From NCBI RefSeq assembly GCF_000007145.1, contig NC_003902.1:1147436-1179435 (forward strand): a stretch of DNA of 32,000 bases. Reading direction: 5' to 3'. The notes below the pieces were generated by a model. That model ran no database searches and was not told the DNA's origin. It saw only the letters and a list, made by a program, of their open reading frames with translations. This DNA comes from Xanthomonas campestris pv. campestris str. ATCC 33913. Its GTDB lineage: Bacteria > Pseudomonadota > Gammaproteobacteria > Xanthomonadales > Xanthomonadaceae. Positions 26,757-32,000 of this stretch are shown here, piece after piece (position 1 is the stretch's first letter; the number at the start of each line of letters is the position of its first letter). A program made the position numbers and the translations under genes.

Positions 26757-26831
26757 GGGCGGTTAGCTCAGCGGTAGAGCATTGCCTTCACACGGCAAGG
26801 GTCACAGGTTCGATCCCTGTACCGCCCACCA
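26757..26831 (+). tRNA. tRNA-Val (anticodon CAC), encoded CCA
   Basis: The acceptor GGGCGGT pairs with ACCGCCC, followed by A-CCA. The D-arm is GCTC-AGCGGTA-GAGC, the anticodon stem-loop is TTGCC-TTCACAC-GGCAA, and the T-arm is ACAGG-TTCGATC-CCTGT. Confidence 0.93.
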
Positions 26832-26848
26832 TATTTGTAGTGTTTACG

Positions 26849-26877
26849 AAAAAAACCGGCCAATGGCCGGTTTTTTT
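26849..26877 (+). terminator. rho-independent terminator after tRNA-Val
   Basis: A7-CCGGCC-AAT-GGCCGG-T7. Confidence 0.8.
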
Positions 26878-26923
26878 CGTAAATGCGAGGTAAGTGCAGT
26901 GGGCCATGGACAGGGGGGGTTCT

Positions 26924-27799
26924 ATGTTCCAGATCGTGCAAGTTCCAAGTGGTGCTGCTGACTTGCCAGAGCAGATGGGAACCAAAGCGAAGTTCTGGTT
27001 TGACGACAGTCGTCGTCTCTTTAAGGAGGGGCGACCTGGGACTGGGGAAAACTGGGCAGAGGTGATTGCAGCCGAGCTAGCGGCCCTCCTCGGTTTGCCG
27101 CACGCTACGTATAGCTTGGCAGAGTATGAAGGCCGACGAGGTGTGGTTACCGAATCCTTTGTTCCATCTGGCGCGCGGCTCATCCTTGGCAATGAGCTGA
27201 TTGGCTTCGCAGCCCGTGAGACGGTGAGTAGGCACACTAGGGGCCAAGCACACACCATTGGCCGCCTGAGCAGCCTCCTGAATAGACCGCAGGTTGCGCT
27301 TCCAAGCGGATGGGTCTCACCGACGTCCTTTTTCAACGCGGCAGATGTGATGTCTGGATATCTTCTGCTCGATGCTTTGATCGCAAATCAGGATAGGCAT
27401 GAGGAGAACTGGGGCCTCATCAACTCACACGGTGCAATCTACCTCGCGCCGACGTTTGATCACGCTTCAAGTCTAGGTAGGAATGAGACAGATCAAAGGC
27501 GAATACAGAAGTTGGACGCAAACCATCCTGATCATGGTGTTCTTGGATATGCAAGGAGAGCAAAGGTGCCCATTTACGACGGCATGGGCCCATTGCAATC
27601 AGGTGAAGCTTTTTTTGCATTTGCCAGATCATGCCCAGATAAAGGAGCTTACTGGCTAAATCGACTCCATGAGCTGGATCCGAGTAGTTTCTTGGCACTG
27701 CTAAATAGAATTCCTGTAGGTTGGATTACAGATCCAGCCCGCCGCTTTGCTGCCGAGCTCCTCAAGGTCAACAGAGACCGACTTTTGGACGAAAAATGA
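26924..27799 (+). CDS. HipA-family Ser/Thr protein kinase core (HipT-like; lacks the HipA N-terminal subdomain)
   Basis: The catalytic loop 'DALIANQDRHEENWGL' fits the D-x-H-x-x-N pattern of HipA_C. The Mg-binding segment is 'LAPTFDHASSLG', and the Gly-rich loop equivalent is 'EQMGTKAKFWF'. ATG 26924 is preceded by AGGGGGG. The ORF opens at 26894. Confidence 0.8.
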   Translation: MFQIVQVPSGAADLPEQMGTKAKFWFDDSRRLFKEGRPGTGENWAEVIAAELAALLGLPHATYSLAEYEGRRGVVTESFVPSGARLILGNELIGFAARETVSRHTRGQAHTIGRLSSLLNRPQVALPSGWVSPTSFFNAADVMSGYLLLDALIANQDRHEENWGLINSHGAIYLAPTFDHASSLGRNETDQRRIQKLDANHPDHGVLGYARRAKVPIYDGMGPLQSGEAFFAFARSCPDKGAYWLNRLHELDPSSFLALLNRIPVGWITDPARRFAAELLKVNRDRLLDEK

Positions 27800-28530
27800 A
27801 ATCCCTCTACCTCGCCATTCAACAACATGAAAGTCGTCGCTGGTCTCCTGTAGCTAAGGTTACAAAGAACGGAGGTGTCTATCGTCTGGTGTATACGAAG
27901 GGCGCATGGGAGGTGCCGGGCTTCAGCGGATTTGCGCGCATGGAAGATCTGTATCAAGAGTACCGCTCTGCGGAAATTTTTCCGATCTTGAAAAATCGGA
28001 CTTTGCCTCGGTCGCGGCCTGAGTATCAAAATTATATTTTATGGCTTGGTCTCTCACCAGAAGAGCATGACGAACTTGACGAGTTGGCGAGATCTGGCGG
28101 TATTCGTGCTACAGACCAAATCGAGCTGATTCCTGCGCCAGAGAGGAAAGAAGACGGAAGCTTTGAGGCTTTCTTTTTTGTGCGTGGCATCAGTTACATT
28201 CCGGGAACCGCTGATATCGACTTGAAAATCGGTGATCGCCTCTTTGTCATGAAGGACTTTCAGAACGAGCAGGATTCCGCGGCATTGCTTTTGCGCACTG
28301 GAGATCCGGTGTCAGTAGTTGGGTACGCTCCGAGGTACTACAGTCACGACCTTTCCCGTTTAGCGGAACTTTGCCCGCCTCAGGATCTTTTGGTGACAGT
28401 TGAGCGGCTTAATAATAATGCTCCTGCTGCTTATAAGGTGCTTTGTAAGGTCGTGGCACCTTGGCCGGCGGGCTTCGATTTTTTCGGCTCCCATGTGTTT
28501 GATGAAGTGCCGAAAGCTCCGGTGTCTTAG
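27796..28530 (+). CDS. HipS-like (HipA N-subdomain-like) domain fused to a HIRAN domain; putative partner/antitoxin of the upstream kinase
   Basis: The ATG overlaps the kinase stop (ATGA at 27796-27799). The N-terminal ~115 aa 'LYLAIQQHESRRWSPVAKVTKNGGVYRLVYTKGA...IFPILKNRTLPRSRPEYQNYILWLGLSPEEHDELDELARSGGIRATDQIELIP' follows the HipA N-terminal pattern (..pfF.NLLPEg..r..l...lGls..d.f.lL...G.D..Ga..l.p). The C-terminal 'FFVRGISY...LKIGDRLFVMKDFQNEQDSAALLLRTGDPVSVVGYAPRYYSHDLSRL' follows the HIRAN pattern. Both assignments are from memory. Confidence 0.7.
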   Translation: MKSLYLAIQQHESRRWSPVAKVTKNGGVYRLVYTKGAWEVPGFSGFARMEDLYQEYRSAEIFPILKNRTLPRSRPEYQNYILWLGLSPEEHDELDELARSGGIRATDQIELIPAPERKEDGSFEAFFFVRGISYIPGTADIDLKIGDRLFVMKDFQNEQDSAALLLRTGDPVSVVGYAPRYYSHDLSRLAELCPPQDLLVTVERLNNNAPAAYKVLCKVVAPWPAGFDFFGSHVFDEVPKAPVS

Positions 28531-28927
28531 ATGGTTTGAGCCTTTACTGATTATGCTCTTATGGTGTCCTTGGCTTTAGTAGATTTCGTCTACGGAATTA
28601 AGTCCGGAGGCTGGGATGGGTAGCAACGATGAGCTATCTCCGAAGACTCATGCGTTCGTTCAGGCGTTCGTTGCAGGAATTTAGTCAGCGAGCCGCGGTG
28701 GTGGTCGCGTCGGCGCGTTGCATGCACACGCAACGTACACCCGCGTAAGAAGTTTTTCACCTGCCGGTAGCGGTGGTGCGCGGAAGGTAGCGCGCAGATG
28801 CGGCGGCGGTGCGGATGGGGTGGGGGCGAAGCGCTGCGATGGGAACGATCGGTTCACTTGCAGGCAGCCCCCGACAGTCCGGCCGCAGCGCAGCGACCCT
28901 GACGCGCTACTCGACGGAGACAGACCC

Positions 28928-29152
28928 ATGCGTACGCAAAGTCGAATGATGGTGGCTGGAACACGCCGGTTTCCGGTGTATGAGGTGCGCGTCAGCGAGC
29001 AGGGTGCGGTGACGCGCCATTACACGGTCGGCGAGCTGGGCGGGTGCTTCGGCGATCTGGCCGCTGCAGCCGCGTCGGCACAGAGCCTGCTGGACACGGC
29101 CGATCTGGTGATGCCGCCTGCGCCCGGCGATCTGCAGCTGGCGTTGCGCTGA
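28928..29152 (+). CDS. hypothetical small protein (74 aa)
   Basis: GGAG lies 8 nt upstream of ATG 28928. The high-GC ORF reads 'MRTQSRMMVAGTRRFPVYEVRVSEQGAVTRHYTVGELGG...'. I recognise no family. The longer 144-aa version from 28718 looks non-coding. Confidence 0.35.
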   Translation: MRTQSRMMVAGTRRFPVYEVRVSEQGAVTRHYTVGELGGCFGDLAAAAASAQSLLDTADLVMPPAPGDLQLALR

Positions 29153-29359
29153 CGCTGCGCCTCCTTCGGCGGCCAGCCGCCGTGCGGTCGCTGTAGCGGT
29201 GTGCTGTGCGTTCGACGCGTGCACTGCGGCGTGCGTCACCTTTTTGCCAGGCTGGTGAATCCCAACCGGCCGCAATGGGATTGCGGTGGCGTCTGCTTAT
29301 TGCAGGGCCGTGGGAGAACCGCCATCCTGCTCGGCCCTGGATTCAACGAAGGAGTGGCG

Positions 29360-29689
29360 ATGAAGACGCTGCTTGGAACTGCATTGGCTGCGAGCCTGCT
29401 CCTGCTGGCCGGTTGCGCCAAAGACATGGGCGAGGAATTCGTGGGCAAATGGGTCAACGCCAAGGCGCCGAAGAACGTGCTGAGCATCGAGCACAACGGC
29501 GAAAGCTTCATCATTCGCGATACCCGGCCCGAGCTGTTCGGCAACGGGGTGAAGACCAAGAACTATCCGGCGGTACTGCGTGGCGATGTGCTGCAGGTTT
29601 CCAATGGCGTGGGCACGATCAACTACGCCATCGATCAGTCGACCGGCAACCTGAGCACCGGCGAATCCGAGTACACACCGGTCAAGTAG
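29360..29689 (+). CDS. small secreted lipoprotein (109 aa)
   Basis: GGAG precedes ATG 29360. The signal peptide and lipobox are 'MKTLLGTALAASLLLLAGC'. Confidence 0.7.
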   Translation: MKTLLGTALAASLLLLAGCAKDMGEEFVGKWVNAKAPKNVLSIEHNGESFIIRDTRPELFGNGVKTKNYPAVLRGDVLQVSNGVGTINYAIDQSTGNLSTGESEYTPVK

Positions 29690-29785
29690 TGCGTGCCTGC
29701 GGGCGCAGGTGCAGCGTCAGTCGCAAAAGCCGTGCCGCGGCGATCTGTTCTAGCGCTAGTACTCAAGCGCGCGTGCGTGCGCCGG

Positions 29786-31387
29786 TCACTGCGAAGAAGC
29801 GAGCTCCTGTGCCTGCATCCAGCGCCAGAGGGTGGTGCGCGAGACGCCCAACGCTTTGGCTGCGGACGCGCGGTTGCCCTGCGCACGTTCCAGTGCCGCA
29901 CGTACCAATGTCGCGGTGAGGTGCGCGCGCGAGCTGGCTGCGTCGGCGGATGTGGAATCGTAGCCCGCTGGCGTGCTGGCATCGGCCAGCTCCGGAGCCC
30001 AGGCCTCGAGCTGGGCCAGACTCACCTGGCCCTGTGCTTGCGCCTTCCAATGAATGCACAGACGCTCGACCAGGTTACGTAGCTCACGCACGTTGCCGGG
30101 CCAGGCGTGCTGTTGCAGTCGCTGCAGCGCAGCGGGCGAGAGTGGCAATGCCGTCTCGCTGCCGTGTTGCGCGTAGTGCGTGAGTAACAAGGCGATGTCG
30201 TCGGGGCGATTCCGCAGCGGCGGCAGGTCGATGCGCAACGCGGCCAGGCGATAGAACAGGTCGCGGCGGAAGCGCCCCTGGTCGACGAGTGTCTGCAGCG
30301 GCTGCAGGCTGGCCGCCACCACGCGCACATCGACCGGTACCGGCACGGTGGCGCCAACGCGCAGCACCTCGCGTTCTTCCAGTACACGCAGCAGGCGGGT
30401 CTGCAGCGGCAGTGGGAGCTCGCCGATTTCATCGAGAAACAGGGTGCCGTCCTGCGCGGCTTCGATCAGCCCTGTGTGGCCGCCGCGCCGCGCGCCGGTG
30501 AAGGCGCCATCGCTGTAGCCGAACAGTTCCGCTTCCAGCAGCGACTCGGTGATCGCGCCGCAGTTGATCGCCACAAACCGGCCCCGGCGGCGGCTGCCGG
30601 CGTGCAGCTGCCGCGCAACCAGCTCCTTGCCGGTGCCGGTCTCTCCGCTGATCAACACGGTGCTGGCGTGCGGCGCGTACAGCTGCACCAGTGCGCGCAC
30701 CTGCACCATGGCGGTGTCTTCGCCGAGCAGTGCGGCCGGTTGGTTGCGCGTGCGGCGTGTGGCATTGCGTAGAGCGGGGGCTGCGCTGCTGGGCGCGGTG
30801 GCCAGGGCGATCGCCTGGTCGAGCGCCAGGCGGACCGAGTCGGCCGAGTACAACAACACGCCGGGCAGGCCGGCCTGTTCGGCGAAGTCGATCGCCATGC
30901 CGGTCCCGACGATCACCTGGATGCCGCTGGCACGCAGGTCGGCGATGCAGTCGCGGGCGTCCTCGGCAGTGACGAAGCGGCGGTGGGCGATGTCCAGCGC
31001 GAAGCTGTCCTGGAACGGCTGAAATGACGGCACGTCGGTGGCATGGGTCACCACGCCGATGCGCGGTGCGATGCGGCGCGCGCGCGCCAGTGCTTCCATC
31101 AGGTCGAAGCCGGTGGCCTGGATCGGCGCCAGCGGCAGCGGTAGCCGGCTGCGCAGGTAAGCGGCGTTGGAGCCGCCAGCCACCAGCACATCGCAGCGCT
31201 CGCGGCGCAGGCGCTGGCCGATGACCTCGACCGCCTCGGCAAAGCCGAGGTTGATCTGCTCAATGTGTGCGCGCTGGTCGAACTCGGGAATGACATCGGC
31301 CAGCAGGCCGGTCAGGCGCGACACGCTGACCGTCCAGATCACCGGCAGGGTGCCATCCGCAGGAGCGACGAAGGAGGAGTGAGGCAT
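29786..31387 (-). CDS. prpR: sigma-54-dependent propionate catabolism regulator PrpR
   Basis: PrpR_N-type N-terminal domain. The AAA+ sigma-54 activation domain has 'SGETGTGKELVA' and 'ELFGYSDGAFTGA'. The C-terminal Fis-type HTH is 'AAKALGVSRTTLWRWM'. The gene is divergent from prpB. ATG 31387 ('MPHSSFVAP') is chosen. Confidence 0.9.
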   Translation of the reverse strand: MPHSSFVAPADGTLPVIWTVSVSRLTGLLADVIPEFDQRAHIEQINLGFAEAVEVIGQRLRRERCDVLVAGGSNAAYLRSRLPLPLAPIQATGFDLMEALARARRIAPRIGVVTHATDVPSFQPFQDSFALDIAHRRFVTAEDARDCIADLRASGIQVIVGTGMAIDFAEQAGLPGVLLYSADSVRLALDQAIALATAPSSAAPALRNATRRTRNQPAALLGEDTAMVQVRALVQLYAPHASTVLISGETGTGKELVARQLHAGSRRRGRFVAINCGAITESLLEAELFGYSDGAFTGARRGGHTGLIEAAQDGTLFLDEIGELPLPLQTRLLRVLEEREVLRVGATVPVPVDVRVVAASLQPLQTLVDQGRFRRDLFYRLAALRIDLPPLRNRPDDIALLLTHYAQHGSETALPLSPAALQRLQQHAWPGNVRELRNLVERLCIHWKAQAQGQVSLAQLEAWAPELADASTPAGYDSTSADAASSRAHLTATLVRAALERAQGNRASAAKALGVSRTTLWRWMQAQELASSQ

Positions 31388-31398
31388 GATTCGCTGAC

Positions 31399-31477
31399 GT
31401 TTCAGTGATGTTGCATAGTGCTCCGACTGTTTCATTGATGCAACGCTGCGAGCGGGCACGGTCAATCACATCAATGG
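31399..31477. promoter_or_regulatory. candidate PrpR enhancer (UAS) repeats
   Basis: The related motif CA(G/T)TGATG occurs at 31403-31410 (+), 31433-31440 (+) and as its reverse complement CATCAATG at 31469-31476. There are also direct repeats GTTTCAGTGATG / GTTTCATTGATG and an inverted GTTGCA...TGCAAC. Confidence 0.35.
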
Positions 31478-31485
31478 CTTACGGT

Positions 31486-31501
31486 TGGCACGCCCCTTGC
31501 G
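31486..31501 (+). promoter_or_regulatory. sigma-54 (-24/-12) promoter of the prp operon
   Basis: 'TGGCAC-GCCCC-TTGC' matches TGGCAC-N5-TTGC exactly. It lies 32 nt upstream of the prpB ATG and next to a sigma-54 activator gene. Confidence 0.8.
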
Positions 31502-31532
31502 CTACTGCAGTCATCCCATTTCAGGAATCGCC

Positions 31533-32000
31533 ATGACGTCCTTGCCCCTGTCTTCCGCTGGCGCCCGGTTCCGTGCAGCCCTGGCCGCCGAATCGCCGCT
31601 GCAGGTGATCGGCGCCATCAACGCCAACCACGCGTTGCTGGCGCAACGCGCCGGCTATCAAGCCATCTATCTTTCCGGCGGCGGGGTGGCGGCCGGGTCG
31701 CTGGGCTTGCCGGATCTGGGCATCAACACCCTGGAAGACGTGCTGATCGATGTGCGCCGCATCACCGATGTCTGCGAACTTCCGCTACTGGTGGATGTGG
31801 ACACCGGCTTTGGGCCGAGCGCGTTCAATATCGAACGCACCATCAAGTCGCTGATCAAGGCGGGCGCGGCCGGCTGCCATATCGAAGATCAGGTCGGCGC
31901 CAAGCGCTGCGGCCATCGCCCGGGCAAGGAGATCGTCAGCCAGGGCGAGATGGTGGATCGGGTCAAGGCAGCGGCCGATGCCAAGACCGATCCGGCGTTC
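31533..32000 (+). CDS. prpB: 2-methylisocitrate lyase (3'-truncated by the window end)
   Basis: Hand translation from ATG 31533 gives '[63 protein letters not shown]...VDVDTGFG...[18 protein letters not shown]', which carries the PEP-mutase/isocitrate-lyase signature K(R)CGH. It is absent from the ORF track because there is no stop in the window. Confidence 0.9.
   Translation, partial: MTSLPLSSAGARFRAALAAESPLQVIGAINANHALLAQRAGYQAIYLSGGGVAAGSLGLPDLGINTLEDVLIDVRRITDVCELPLLVDVDTGFGPSAFNIERTIKSLIKAGAAGCHIEDQVGAKRCGHRPGKEIVSQGEMVDRVKAAADAKTDPAF

Larger units (their letters stand above)
26832..28685 (+). other. AT-richer genomic islet inserted next to tRNA-Val (no integrase or transposase visible)
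   Basis: Composition drops abruptly relative to both flanks, with runs such as 'AAAATTATATTTTATGG' and 'AATAATAATG'. Codon usage of the two enclosed genes is not GC3-biased, unlike every neighbouring gene. The left edge is the tRNA 3' end. The right edge (~28685) is judged by eye from the return to high GC. Confidence 0.6.

Noticed and set aside
27420-28029. Minus-strand ORFs inside the islet (27420..27698 and 27649..28029).
   Set aside because: They are antisense to the kinase and partner genes, which have clear motifs. They show no start-site signals or recognisable domains.
26832-28685. Calling the islet an integrative mobile element or prophage remnant with att sites.
   Set aside because: No integrase, transposase or excisionase ORF is present, and I found no direct repeat of the tRNA-Val 3' end at the right border. 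Only the compositional shift and the tRNA adjacency support horizontal origin.
28718-28927. The upstream 70 codons of the 144-aa ORF 28718..29152.
   Set aside because: The sequence 'MHAHATYTRVRSFSPAGSGGARKVARRCGGGADG...' looks like non-coding high-GC translation and has no SD. An internal ATG at 28928 has a good GGAG.
29262-29286. 'AACCGGCCGCAATGG', which resembles the tRNA-Val terminator core 'AACCGGCCAATGG', as a possible duplicated junction.
   Set aside because: The match is short, contains an indel, and lies ~600 bp beyond the compositional border. Locally it forms its own small hairpin (CCGCAAT-GGG-ATTGCGG). It is most likely coincidence.

Overview
This is a high-GC chromosomal segment that looks like Xanthomonas or another Xanthomonadaceae, judged by gene order and by a 117-aa PilZ of the type I recall from X. 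citri. Most of it is core housekeeping in conserved order. On the + strand: moaA-(DUF4440)-moaC-moaD-moaE, tRNA-Ser(GGA), an SRP RNA (ffs) hidden under a spurious ORF extension, then dnaX-ybaB-recR with REP-like palindromes on both sides of recR, and a HIT gene. On the minus strand: a translationally coupled moxR-DUF58-transglutaminase-slp operon. Next comes a three-gene envelope glycosylation cluster (GT39/ArnT-like, GT2, second GT-C-like membrane protein). Its last two genes each carry an in-frame stop codon, and the third probably also has a compensated frameshift. Then maf, divergent from yceD-rpmF-fabH, a 0.6-kb decayed non-coding gap, fabD-fabG-acpP-fabF-pabB-mltG-holB-pilZ, and tRNA-Val(CAC). 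The window ends with a small ORF, a lipoprotein gene, prpR, and a sigma-54 promoter driving a 3'-truncated prpB. The best candidate for a novel system is a visibly AT-richer ~1.85-kb islet immediately 3' of tRNA-Val. It encodes a HipA-family Ser/Thr kinase core that lacks the HipA N-subdomain. This gene overlaps by ATGA a downstream gene whose product fuses a HipS-like (HipA N-subdomain-like) domain to a HIRAN domain. There is no HipB-like HTH gene and no integrase. All calls rest on reading the ORF translations and the DNA by eye; no database search was possible.
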